Shown piece after piece: positions 1 to 9,513 of a stretch of 57,878 bases of DNA. The notes beneath the pieces were generated by a model. The model saw nothing but the letters and a program-made list of their open reading frames with translations. It ran no database searches and had not been told where the DNA came from. The number at the start of each line of letters is the position of its first letter. Position 1 is the stretch's first letter. Origin of the DNA: a virus (Duplodnaviria > Caudoviricetes); the IMG/VR virus record IMGVR_UViG_3300022752_000079, positions 1 through 57,878 of that record; one strand, given 5' to 3'. The translations under genes were made by a program, and so were the position numbers.

Positions 1-104
1 CGTAGTAGATCCGTTAATAAAATTGCCGTACTAGGCACTGCAGGTATTAATGCAGACCACATTGAACCTGTTGCATTTGAATATGTGTATCCCGGATCAA
101 TCAT
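1..104 (-). CDS. Partial hypothetical protein (runs off the window start)
   Basis: ATG at 102-104 overlaps the stop of the next gene; open frame MIDPGYTYSNATGSMW... continues to the edge. Confidence 0.55.
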   Translation of the reverse strand, partial: MIDPGYTYSNATGSMWSALIPAVPSTAILLTDLL

Positions 105-961
105 TTAAATATAGTTTTAAGTTCATTAGATAATTCATGAAAATGTAACAATCGAAGAATGTGATCATCATTTACTTTTTTAGAGTCAGCAATTTTATTT
201 AATAAGGTTACTGATTCATTCAATTTAATTTTCAATATGGTATCATCTACTTTCGGTAAATATTTTGCAATTACTTTCTGTAATTTTGCAACATCCGAGT
301 CTATATAAGATTTTATTGAACTGATATCACCGATGGAATTGATATACTCTCGTAATAGTTTTTTCTGACTGATAGACAGGTTGGAATATTTTGTATTGAA
401 TTTATCTACCAATAAACGATATGCTAACAATCTAACGTCTTTGTCTTGTTTTGAATATTCATTCAATACCATATTTGATTCTACTTGAGCTTGATTAGAT
501 ACAGTACTATTAGTTATATGTTCTAGCAATGTACCGGTAGTTCTAATCAACTCAGCAGGATTATCTGATGGCTTATATTCAAATATTCTATATATAGAAG
601 CCATTACCTTGTAATCTGAAACTGTCGATTTGAAGAACGTGTCCAATGAATAATGTTTCCTTATTTCACGAATCAAATTGTACTTCTCTCGATTCAATGA
701 AGATAAGTTCAATTTATTTCTGGATTCTACTACTGCCTCTATCAACTTCTCCGCAGAATCTTTAGATTTGAATCTTTCCTTAATTAAAGTTTGATACAAT
801 CCCAATTCTTTATACAATTCAGTATTTTTGTGAAAATACTTTTTGATTAATGGTATCGATTTGGACTTTGTGTTATTTAAAGTATCAGACGCAATTTGAC
901 GTACTAACATTTCAAATAAGACACTGGTATTTTTGAATTTAGAATGTTTCAGTTTCTTCAT
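101..961 (-). CDS. Conserved phage protein in the head module (helical, portal-adjacent)
   Basis: 286-aa ORF directly downstream of the portal, preceded by the late-type motif. Confidence 0.6.
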   Translation of the reverse strand: MKKLKHSKFKNTSVLFEMLVRQIASDTLNNTKSKSIPLIKKYFHKNTELYKELGLYQTLIKERFKSKDSAEKLIEAVVESRNKLNLSSLNREKYNLIREIRKHYSLDTFFKSTVSDYKVMASIYRIFEYKPSDNPAELIRTTGTLLEHITNSTVSNQAQVESNMVLNEYSKQDKDVRLLAYRLLVDKFNTKYSNLSISQKKLLREYINSIGDISSIKSYIDSDVAKLQKVIAKYLPKVDDTILKIKLNESVTLLNKIADSKKVNDDHILRLLHFHELSNELKTIFK

Positions 962-995
962 ATGATTTTCACCATGAATTTATTAATAAATATGA

Positions 996-2852
996 TTACA
1001 GATTCAAATCATTAATTAAATTGGACTCATCTAAGAAACTTTCGGTAGATTCTGTCAGTTTCTTACGTTTGTTCATTTTATTTAATCCGTATGACTCAAA
1101 TCTAGATTGGTTAGACCCACGCATAGACTCTTTACCTAAAGGATCTCTACCTAATACATATCTATTAGTTCCATATTTCACCGGTTCTTTAGGTCTTCCG
1201 GCTCCGGGCCAGCCGCCCTTAGGAACTTTCGGCTTCTTTCTTTCAAATCCTTCCTCAGTGGTAGTTTCCTTTTCTTCTCCTCCGGCTTCAGTACCTTTCT
1301 CTTCACCACCTTTTTCGCCACCTTCTTCTCCTCCAGCGAATGGATTTTCACCTCCAGGACCGCCTTCACCACCGCCCTCAGGTTTTTTTCCTACTTCACT
1401 TGCAGGATCTGTTCCATCCTGCTCTATAGAATTCATTCTAAATGCAAACTTCGCATCATCTATTAAACGATCTTTTTCAACTCGAATTTGTTCCTCAGTG
1501 AAATCCCATATATTCTGATAAATCCAATCTTTTGATTTCAATTTACCTTCAATAATTGACTTGCTCAAATCTACTTTTGAATTCCATAGAGTGATTTTCT
1601 CTTGCTCATATATAGTAGAAGGAGATGTCATTGTGATTTCAAAGTTCATCATATCTACTCCTTCAAATCCTTGAGCATATAAGTGAACTATTGCAATCTT
1701 AGTCAATTCAGAAATTATAATTCTTTGAATTCTTTCAATTGTACGAGCAAATCGAACGTCTTCGGCAGCCAAAGTACCTTTACCACTAATACCTTCTTCG
1801 TAACCTAAAAATGCTTTAGGTACTTTCAGACCGGCCATCATTTTGTTTCGTAAATACTCGACATCATCAATACCAGTAAACTCCATACCTGGTAGTGGAT
1901 CAATTTGAGTACCTGATTGACCTCCTCGTACTGGTAGGTAATAATCTTCTATCATGTTCATCAAATTGAACTTCAAGTTGTAATCACCGGTACGTTCGTC
2001 TATATACGGTACTTTCTTCATTTGGTTAGCAATACGCTGTATGTAACCGTCTACTTCATTGGGAGGAATATTACCAATATCAATTTTGAAAACTCGTTTC
2101 TCCGGAGCTCGCATTATTCGATGTATAATCATTGCATCTTCCAATAATGTAAGTTGTTTCCATACTTTACGAGCACCTTCTAACATAGACTTACCATAAG
2201 GCAAGAAATTGGAATCTGTTAACAGTCGAAAATGTGCAATTTCATAATTTTCATAAAGAGTTTTCTTTTCATTCATATTGGAAAACTGTACTAGATATGG
2301 ATTACTAGGATCATGCCCTTCATATCTAATCATTTCATAAGATGAAAGTGGAGTTACGTTAACTATACCTATTTCATCATGAATGTCCAATTTCAAATAA
2401 AAGTCACCATATTTACACACATTACGAACCCACGGCCATAAATTGAAGTTAACATTTAAGATATCAAAAAACAGGTTCTCTAAAATGGATTGAATTCTTT
2501 GATCATCTGACTTGATAGTTAATATATGACCATATTCATCTTTAAGTACAGTTTCATCAGCATAAATGTCTAGTGCAGTATTGATAATGGCATCCATATC
2601 CATACTTTCATAATCTGTATAAAGTTCTGTTTTTGAACTATAATAATTGTACTGATTGTTATAGGTTGCCAATTGACTTTTTACACCATGTAATCTGGTG
2701 AATCGATCTATATATCTTGTATAATTTAAATTGCCTGTTGATTGCAATTTATTTGAGTCCAATACTTTCAACTCATTTTTACCAATCTTTCGTACTATTA
2801 CATTCGTATTAAATAATCGTTGTAATCGAGCCGCTAATGATTTATCAGCCAT
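996..2852 (-). CDS. Portal protein (T4 gp20-like)
   Basis: Motifs LLEDAMIIHRIMRAPEKRVFKIDIGN, EDYYLPVRGG, DVEYLRNK..GLKVP; Gly/Glu-rich tail. Confidence 0.92.
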   Translation of the reverse strand: MADKSLAARLQRLFNTNVIVRKIGKNELKVLDSNKLQSTGNLNYTRYIDRFTRLHGVKSQLATYNNQYNYYSSKTELYTDYESMDMDAIINTALDIYADETVLKDEYGHILTIKSDDQRIQSILENLFFDILNVNFNLWPWVRNVCKYGDFYLKLDIHDEIGIVNVTPLSSYEMIRYEGHDPSNPYLVQFSNMNEKKTLYENYEIAHFRLLTDSNFLPYGKSMLEGARKVWKQLTLLEDAMIIHRIMRAPEKRVFKIDIGNIPPNEVDGYIQRIANQMKKVPYIDERTGDYNLKFNLMNMIEDYYLPVRGGQSGTQIDPLPGMEFTGIDDVEYLRNKMMAGLKVPKAFLGYEEGISGKGTLAAEDVRFARTIERIQRIIISELTKIAIVHLYAQGFEGVDMMNFEITMTSPSTIYEQEKITLWNSKVDLSKSIIEGKLKSKDWIYQNIWDFTEEQIRVEKDRLIDDAKFAFRMNSIEQDGTDPASEVGKKPEGGGEGGPGGENPFAGGEEGGEKGGEEKGTEAGGEEKETTTEEGFERKKPKVPKGGWPGAGRPKEPVKYGTNRYVLGRDPLGKESMRGSNQSRFESYGLNKMNKRKKLTESTESFLDESNLINDLNL

Positions 2853-2893
2853 ATAATAAATTTAAATTTATATAATAAATATATGAAATTAAC

Positions 2894-4102
2894 TTACAAC
2901 AACCAAGTTAAGTCTTCATTCTTATTTAATCCTATAGGCATGGACCATGGATTAGACTTTGAAGAGTTGGGTGTAGTTAATATCGGGTTACTTGAAGTCT
3001 TAGTGATGTGAGATAAAGCTACTTGAGTTAATTCTCTACCTCGTTCCATCAACTTAAATGCATTGTCTCGAACCCATATACCAATTGAATATGACATTAC
3101 GAGATCATCATTGTAACCATGTTGTGCTTCAGGCTTGGATCCATTCCATATAAAGACCGAAAGTTCTTCCAATAATCTGATACTATTGATTATGAGTTCT
3201 TTATGTCGAGCCATCGTTTCTAGCTTAGATATAAGAAGAGGTCTAGTCTTTGATGAAGTAGTAAACCCGGGAACTGAATTCGATGTATTCCTAACGTCTA
3301 CGCCTCGAGCCAACTGTTGATTTAAATTGATATCAGTTGTAATATCTCTGTTAGTGTGATACAAGTTACTGTATCCTCGTTCTATTATAGTCTGTATTAC
3401 AGCCCATCCAACGTTTGCATTTTCCACTACCAGTAACGCATTATTGTATTCTGTAGCGACTGTAACCAATAGATGACCAAATTCAGTGGTACCTATCATA
3501 CCTTTATATTCAGCAACCTGATTTAAAGTCTCTACATCAAATACATGTAATGTTGAATAGTCCGCTCCATTACCTCTAGACACGTCGGCTGCTACTATAT
3601 AGTTTCTATGAAAATCAGCATATTCCCATATCCATAAATTGTTATCAAAGCCTCGTTTTTCAATCGGTTCTCGAGTCATTGATCTGTAATACTGCAATAT
3701 TTCCGGGGCAATTACGGTCGCACCTGAGGAAATGAAATCTGCATCACAGTTATGTGATAATATACCGTTAACTGCATACACGTGCGATTCTCCCGAATTA
3801 ATTACATCATATAACTGTATATCAAAATCGAAACATTTTATAGAACTAACATATATTGGCTCCGAATCTAACGGTGAATCTATATAACATCCTTCATATA
3901 ATTCAATAGCATACATGGGCCTGGAGTCGACTATGAATGCATGATTTTTCGAACACTTTATACTGTCACCGTTACTTAGTTGAATTTCTATAAACTCCGG
4001 TTTAGATCGCAGCGATATGCCATCGAAATGTTCATAACCTCTATCGGTTAATATTTTGTATCGACTATTACGTTTCATATCGTACACGTTAACATGATTC
4101 AT
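2894..4102 (-). CDS. Terminase large subunit, part 3: IntC2 (3749-4102, ends SHN) + nuclease extein
   Basis: ILSHN/CDADF splice junction, followed by ADVSRG.G.DYS, VVENAN and HGYNDDLVMS terminase nuclease motifs. Confidence 0.9.
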   Translation of the reverse strand: MNHVNVYDMKRNSRYKILTDRGYEHFDGISLRSKPEFIEIQLSNGDSIKCSKNHAFIVDSRPMYAIELYEGCYIDSPLDSEPIYVSSIKCFDFDIQLYDVINSGESHVYAVNGILSHNCDADFISSGATVIAPEILQYYRSMTREPIEKRGFDNNLWIWEYADFHRNYIVAADVSRGNGADYSTLHVFDVETLNQVAEYKGMIGTTEFGHLLVTVATEYNNALLVVENANVGWAVIQTIIERGYSNLYHTNRDITTDINLNQQLARGVDVRNTSNSVPGFTTSSKTRPLLISKLETMARHKELIINSIRLLEELSVFIWNGSKPEAQHGYNDDLVMSYSIGIWVRDNAFKLMERGRELTQVALSHITKTSSNPILTTPNSSKSNPWSMPIGLNKNEDLTWLL

Positions 4103-4778
4103 CTAATTTAGTATACAAATCGGATATTTTCATATCCATTATAGAGTTTGTATACGTATCACATACTGATACTACACAATCACCATCCACACATTCCTGG
4201 GCTGCTAATCTAGGACCTAATAAATCTTCTTGATCCTGCCTCCATTTCTCAGTTCTATCCGGATGTACAGTCCAATGTAATCGAATTGGATTCCACTTTG
4301 AATTGATATTGGTAGTAGCATCAACCCAAGTTTTATGAAAGAAATTTCCGGTACCGTTAGGTGATGACAATAAAATTGCCTTACCACCCGTAGCTAACGT
4401 TTGTTGAATTGAACCCCATATCTCATCGATACCGTCAATGAAGGCGCAGTTATGACTTACTACATCGTTAGTATAATACTCACTATCATATGACACATCG
4501 ATAGCGTCATATAGTTCAAATTCACCTAGCTCATATGATACATCGCTTACTTCCTTATTACCATATAAAATATCACCGGGTAAAATATGACATGCTTCTA
4601 AAAATTCACCATTGGGAAATTTCAATAGATGTGACTCACTACATTTTATATTAGTATTATCCGTAAATTGTATCGTAAACATAATTGTTTTTATAGTCTT
4701 CGATACACCTGAGAAGTCTGACCAACCTGTTGGTGTCAATATTTCCCAATCAGTATTTTGTACTATTTCTTTTTGCAT
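4089..4778 (-). CDS. Terminase large subunit, part 2: IntC1 (4449-4778) + extein (4194-4448) + short IntN2 (4089-4193)
   Basis: VVSHN/CAFID junction; ILLSSPNG coupling motif; AAQE/CVDGD starts the second intein. Confidence 0.9.
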   Translation of the reverse strand: MQKEIVQNTDWEILTPTGWSDFSGVSKTIKTIMFTIQFTDNTNIKCSESHLLKFPNGEFLEACHILPGDILYGNKEVSDVSYELGEFELYDAIDVSYDSEYYTNDVVSHNCAFIDGIDEIWGSIQQTLATGGKAILLSSPNGTGNFFHKTWVDATTNINSKWNPIRLHWTVHPDRTEKWRQDQEDLLGPRLAAQECVDGDCVVSVCDTYTNSIMDMKISDLYTKLDESC

Positions 4779-5788
4779 ATCGATTTGATTACTTTTTCCA
4801 AATCAGGGTACTTCTCTAAGTCGAAGTTACTTTCATTATTACGATACCAGTTATCATCTATTATAACATACGTATAATCGTTCTGTGCACACCAATCCAT
4901 CGCGGCTTCATACTTCGCTACATTTCGACTATTAGCTATCAACGATAACGGCTTTATTTCATATAAAACCTTATTTACGTCATCAGTAAAATCGACTATA
5001 TACACGTGCGAAGTATTGTTAAATGTATATGAAATTCTAGTAACTTCGTACTTACAATTTAAATTTAACGAATAAAACGCGGCTTCCCACATACTTCTAA
5101 ATTTTTTTATACCGCTATTATCAATTAACGTGGCAGTCCATCGAGTCCATGAGTTTGTTATACAGGGTGTGAATTCGCCCGATGCTATTTTACGTTTCAT
5201 AGTTTCTGATATTTTCTTTCTAGAAGCGATATAAACATCTTTATACTTTTCCTTATACGATATACTGTTATGTACTAATTTATTGGAATTTCTAATTTTT
5301 TCTTTAGTAGATTCAGTATGTACATAATCACCGTTTACAGTCCAACAGTGTTGACCGCAATATCGTTTTTTTGATTGTTCACTTCTTCTGTATAGTACAC
5401 CGCAGCCACGACATATGGTGTCTATATAACGTATACGCTTATTTTTAAATTTAGTATCACCATCCCAACTATTAAGTAGTACCTTAGTTCGATGTTTTGA
5501 TATACAATTCGAATCTGTACAGGTTTTATTAAACGGGACCTGCGGTCTGCGAAACTTTAATTTATTTGTATTACAATATGTACATAATTGTACGGAAACA
5601 TACCCATTTTCTATATAAAATATTCTCTCACGAAAACTAGTGTCGTATGAATCTAGAAATGAAGTATTATTAAATATCGCTTCTCGAACATCCTGAATAC
5701 CACGCTTACTAAAAAAATTATCTTTTAATACATCATGATGTAATTTACCATTAATATATATTTTTTCTAGTATAACAGAATTGTCCAT
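4763..5788 (-). CDS. Free-standing putative homing endonuclease (Cys-rich, NUMOD3-like, C-terminal PD-(D/E)xK/TnsA-like domain)
   Basis: HTESTKEKI; FRSMWE...YE...YIVDF...LYEIKP; lies between the split-intein halves. Confidence 0.75.
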   Translation of the reverse strand: MDNSVILEKIYINGKLHHDVLKDNFFSKRGIQDVREAIFNNTSFLDSYDTSFRERIFYIENGYVSVQLCTYCNTNKLKFRRPQVPFNKTCTDSNCISKHRTKVLLNSWDGDTKFKNKRIRYIDTICRGCGVLYRRSEQSKKRYCGQHCWTVNGDYVHTESTKEKIRNSNKLVHNSISYKEKYKDVYIASRKKISETMKRKIASGEFTPCITNSWTRWTATLIDNSGIKKFRSMWEAAFYSLNLNCKYEVTRISYTFNNTSHVYIVDFTDDVNKVLYEIKPLSLIANSRNVAKYEAAMDWCAQNDYTYVIIDDNWYRNNESNFDLEKYPDLEKVIKSICKKK

Positions 5789-5822
5789 ATAACGTATATT
5801 ATGCGTATAAATATATACAATG

Positions 5823-6410
5823 TTATTTTTTATTCATATTAAATAAATCAGCAATCGTAATCTCTAAAACTTCATCGGTAGTTTTATGTTTAACCTTAAC
5901 TATAGTTCTACCGTCACAGCACTCATCCACTATTACTACCGAACACGCTTCAGATCTACCAGAGTCTGATGAAGTGGTTGTAGCTTTAATTTGCGATCCG
6001 TTTTTAAATCGTAAACTCAATTTGTTATCTTCCGTAGTAACCACTTTCAACCAAGTCGGTAAATTTTCATTCATTACTCGCACTTTAGTTACCAGATTCT
6101 TAGCTACATCCTGTTTAGTAGCCAATACCAATATGTTTTTATCTGAGTGGAATATCATGTACCATAGAGCGTATGCAGCACATAATGTAGAGATACCTAG
6201 CTGACGCGATTTTAATATGACATTGTAATCGTGATGCTGGAATGATTTCAATACATCCTGTTGATATGGATACAATTTAAATGGAATTTTCCCGCGCTGA
6301 GGATGTTGGATCACACAGTACTTTATCATAAAGTATATAGGATCGCTATAACACTTTTTAAATTCTAATTTGATTATATCTCTTAGATTAGCTTCGGCGC
6401 TCATTGTCAA
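5823..6410 (-). CDS. Terminase large subunit, part 1: ATPase extein + 32-aa IntN1 (5823-5921)
   Basis: LYPYQ, KSRQLGIST (Walker A), VIVDE (Walker B), then CCDGRT.. intein block A. Confidence 0.9.
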   Translation of the reverse strand: MTMSAEANLRDIIKLEFKKCYSDPIYFMIKYCVIQHPQRGKIPFKLYPYQQDVLKSFQHHDYNVILKSRQLGISTLCAAYALWYMIFHSDKNILVLATKQDVAKNLVTKVRVMNENLPTWLKVVTTEDNKLSLRFKNGSQIKATTTSSDSGRSEACSVVIVDECCDGRTIVKVKHKTTDEVLEITIADLFNMNKK

Positions 6411-6640
6411 ATAATTGTTGCAGGTGGACTTGGACTAGTAGTAGCACCGGGACCTACCGGAGTTGCAACAGCTTGACCTGGAGGTACTATAATTGTCATG
6501 GATCGTATATACGAATCGATTGCAATCGATAACTGTTGTGCTATCAATTTTGCCGCTGTTTCAGGCGGTATATTTTTATTGGAAAACGCAACATTTAAAG
6601 CCTGTTCAATTTGAAGCTGTAATACACTAGGAACTAACAT
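6407..6640 (-). CDS. Hypothetical protein
   Basis: ORF coupled to neighbouring genes. Confidence 0.6.
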   Translation of the reverse strand: MLVPSVLQLQIEQALNVAFSNKNIPPETAAKLIAQQLSIAIDSYIRSMTIIVPPGQAVATPVGPGATTSPSPPATII

Positions 6641-6842
6641 TATCTTTATATGGTATTGAGTACTTGTTCATTTTAGAAGTAACGATATTATAATCGTTCA
6701 ACGAATAAAATTCTATTATAGAATATCCGTTAAGTTTTTTGGACTTGGTGATATCATATAATATGTCGAAATGTTGAAGAATTGAATCTGTTTTTTTCCA
6801 ATTCTTTACATCTACTGCAATTTTTAAATCAGTTACAGACAT
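6627..6842 (-). CDS. Hypothetical protein
   Basis: Short ORF overlapping both neighbours. Confidence 0.55.
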   Translation of the reverse strand: MSVTDLKIAVDVKNWKKTDSILQHFDILYDITKSKKLNGYSIIEFYSLNDYNIVTSKMNKYSIPYKDNVSS

Positions 6843-7165
6843 TTTTTAACTTCGTTTCTAATTAACATTTTAACGTAATGTTCTTTGATAGCATGATCTA
6901 ACAAATCAATTACATCGGTTGATTCACCTTGCAATATTTTTTGAAATTGCATTTCAGCTTTATCCAATTCTGCTTTTGCTGAACGTTCCTGTTTGGTTAA
7001 CGCAATCAATTTAGGTTTCAACTTTTCCTTGATAACCGGATTGGTAGTTGAAATGAATTGCGTTTTAACTGTTTGCAATTCAATATTAATATTGGCATGT
7101 GCAGCAATTGCATCCTTTAAACGTATGGAAGCTTTTTCCAATTGTTGTGAAATTAAACTAGGCAT
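6833..7165 (-). CDS. Hypothetical coiled-coil protein
   Basis: ORF in operon. Confidence 0.6.
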   Translation of the reverse strand: MPSLISQQLEKASIRLKDAIAAHANINIELQTVKTQFISTTNPVIKEKLKPKLIALTKQERSAKAELDKAEMQFQKILQGESTDVIDLLDHAIKEHYVKMLIRNEVKKCL

Positions 7166-7794
7166 GATTCTTTAAAGTTTTTAAATTCAGACTCTGTAAT
7201 ATTGTAACGATCAAAAACTTGTTGCTTTATTGTATTGAATTGATCCAATATAGATTCTGACATTTTAATTGGATCATAATCTAAATTCCATTTATCAACT
7301 CTACCGTCTACGTGTACAAATTCCGGGGCCTTTTGTACTGCAATAGCTAATTCATTTGTTTCCTGTTCAGCATCACGTAGCCAGGATAATGCATTATGTT
7401 TCAATTTATTGGATGCATATTCTTCAAACTTACCTTCCAATCTCAATTCATGTTCCATATCAATAACGCAATCCAGACACATACCATGAATCACTTTCAT
7501 TTTCATGTCAGCTCTACCGGGATCTACGCAAGTACAAGTTTCCTTTCTACAATTTTTAAAACTATTCAATTCAGATCGAAGTTCATCAAATCTAGATACC
7601 CTGATCTTATATCCGTCTTTCTGCTCCCACTCAATTCCTTCAGCATCAGTCCATCTATCACCAATCTTTTTAGTAACGATTGATCCGGTAGGCATAAATC
7701 CAACGGTAGTTTTCGTTTGAAATTTATGCGTACCAGCTAACATTTGTTTAATGGCTTGTACGTTTTTTAATTTGGAATCTGCATTACCTTTCAT
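7153..7794 (-). CDS. Hypothetical protein (Cys-containing)
   Basis: 213-aa ORF with CTC and CLDC motifs. Confidence 0.65.
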   Translation of the reverse strand: MKGNADSKLKNVQAIKQMLAGTHKFQTKTTVGFMPTGSIVTKKIGDRWTDAEGIEWEQKDGYKIRVSRFDELRSELNSFKNCRKETCTCVDPGRADMKMKVIHGMCLDCVIDMEHELRLEGKFEEYASNKLKHNALSWLRDAEQETNELAIAVQKAPEFVHVDGRVDKWNLDYDPIKMSESILDQFNTIKQQVFDRYNITESEFKNFKESCLV

Positions 7795-7820
7795 AACTTA
7801 TTTTATAATATATATTACAA

Positions 7821-9512
7821 TCATTTTCTAAACTTTGAACTTAGACCACCTAAAATAAATTTACCTGTAATTTTAAATGGACTAGGAGAAATTTCAGAAG
7901 CTCTAATTACTATACCTTCTTGATTTTGTACACCTCCTAATGGACTATCTAGAGATTCCAAAATTACATCACCTAGTAAGATTGTAGCCATATACGTTAT
8001 GTAACCGGCAACGGCTGATTCAGCATCTTGTGAATTGGTAGTAGCTTTCGATACCTCAACACCATTATCAATATCAGTCAATACCTTTTTACTGATTGCA
8101 TACGTAGATGCCCCGTTCCAATCAATTTTAACATCAGTCGGAATTGTTAATGCACTCAACCAATTTTTCAATGATTTGGTTTCTTTTTTAGTCTTGGAAT
8201 AAACTACCGTAATAGGTTTATTCAAAGCTTTATTGAAATTGGGAGGCGTTGTATTGGAAGTAGGAATTTCATGATAAACTTTATATCCGAATTTCATTGC
8301 TTTTGCAGTAAGTGCTTGCACCAACTCATTCATTGCAGATTTGTCAAACGGTATTTCTTTTGAAACACGCCTGTTACCGACTTTCGTAACTTCCAATAAA
8401 CCGTGTATAGTAATAAAATCGTGATCATATGCCATTACGTTTGTCTGACCGGATACAAATTCAATATTAAGTAGAATATTCGGATTGTCTAACAATCCTA
8501 ATTTTTTTAAAGGTGATTTGATTGCTGATAAAGATGAGTTGAATATATTCAATACCGTTTTACCTATACCTATCATACCGTGACCGGCAGGGAATCTATC
8601 CTTTAAAGTGTCTGCAGTAACTCCTACTACGTCTAACGGTTTATTTGAACCTCTGTCCAATACAAATTGTTTTTTACCATTTACAGTAACCAATCTAATA
8701 CTAGCATTCACACCATCTATTTTCACAGAAGCTGCATTTGATTGCAACCACTTTGCTGATTTTTTGAATACATCTATCAAATCTTTACCTGTATTAACAC
8801 TGTCGAGTTCAAATGGATGTAACATATGTCCGGCAGCGCCGCCACATGTAAGTAAAATTCTAGAATCTGTTGATTTGTTTGAATCAACAATCACTTCATT
8901 GATAATTGAGTTCCACCAATTTTTAGTGAATATTGCAGATTCTTTCATTTTAAATTTGTCTTGTAGCATATTACCTATTCCTTTATTGTAAAATCCAAAA
9001 ATAGATTTCATTATCACATCAATTGGTTTACCGGATGACAGCAACTCCCTACTGTAAGTACCTGACAATTCTTTATTGTTGATCATGGTTTTGATATGCG
9101 GAGCTGTTACAATGTAACCGGCATCTTCATAACCCTTTAATGCAGCATTTGAATTGTACTTTTGAAAGTATGATGTAGGAGTAATTTTAAATCTAGGATC
9201 TACATCCATGTCTTTTGATCCTACAACAAATACTACCGCAGTATCTTTCGATTTGAAATCTCGTAAAATTTCTTCCGGTTTGTATGGAGACTTGCAATTC
9301 ACTATTTTATTTTCAGGAATTCCGTACGCTTTCATTATGAGTTTTTTCTCATTGAAATTTAACGGTGATTTAGGCGGTGATACTACATTTGAAGTGGCAA
9401 TATAAGTATTGTTTTCTCCAAATTGTTGTACTATCCATTTGTAAACTGAATAATGATGTTTACTGAACGGTTGAAATCGACCCGGATAAATTGCTATAAT
9501 TCTTTTATTCAT
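7821..9512 (-). CDS. Cytidylyltransferase-like (HxGH-type) nucleotidyltransferase fused to a second phage domain
   Basis: IYPGRFQPFSKHH at the N-terminus; C-terminal half with GGAAGHMLHPFE, VKIDG, EGIV. Confidence 0.65.
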   Translation of the reverse strand: MNKRIIAIYPGRFQPFSKHHYSVYKWIVQQFGENNTYIATSNVVSPPKSPLNFNEKKLIMKAYGIPENKIVNCKSPYKPEEILRDFKSKDTAVVFVVGSKDMDVDPRFKITPTSYFQKYNSNAALKGYEDAGYIVTAPHIKTMINNKELSGTYSRELLSSGKPIDVIMKSIFGFYNKGIGNMLQDKFKMKESAIFTKNWWNSIINEVIVDSNKSTDSRILLTCGGAAGHMLHPFELDSVNTGKDLIDVFKKSAKWLQSNAASVKIDGVNASIRLVTVNGKKQFVLDRGSNKPLDVVGVTADTLKDRFPAGHGMIGIGKTVLNIFNSSLSAIKSPLKKLGLLDNPNILLNIEFVSGQTNVMAYDHDFITIHGLLEVTKVGNRRVSKEIPFDKSAMNELVQALTAKAMKFGYKVYHEIPTSNTTPPNFNKALNKPITVVYSKTKKETKSLKNWLSALTIPTDVKIDWNGASTYAISKKVLTDIDNGVEVSKATTNSQDAESAVAGYITYMATILLGDVILESLDSPLGGVQNQEGIVIRASEISPSPFKITGKFILGGLSSKFRK

Positions 9513-9513
9513 A

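Noticed and set aside
2894-6410. Group I introns or pseudogenisation as the explanation for the broken terminase
   Set aside because: Each break has intein termini (Cys start; SHN/C end) and I saw no intron core; the exteins join into an intact TerL
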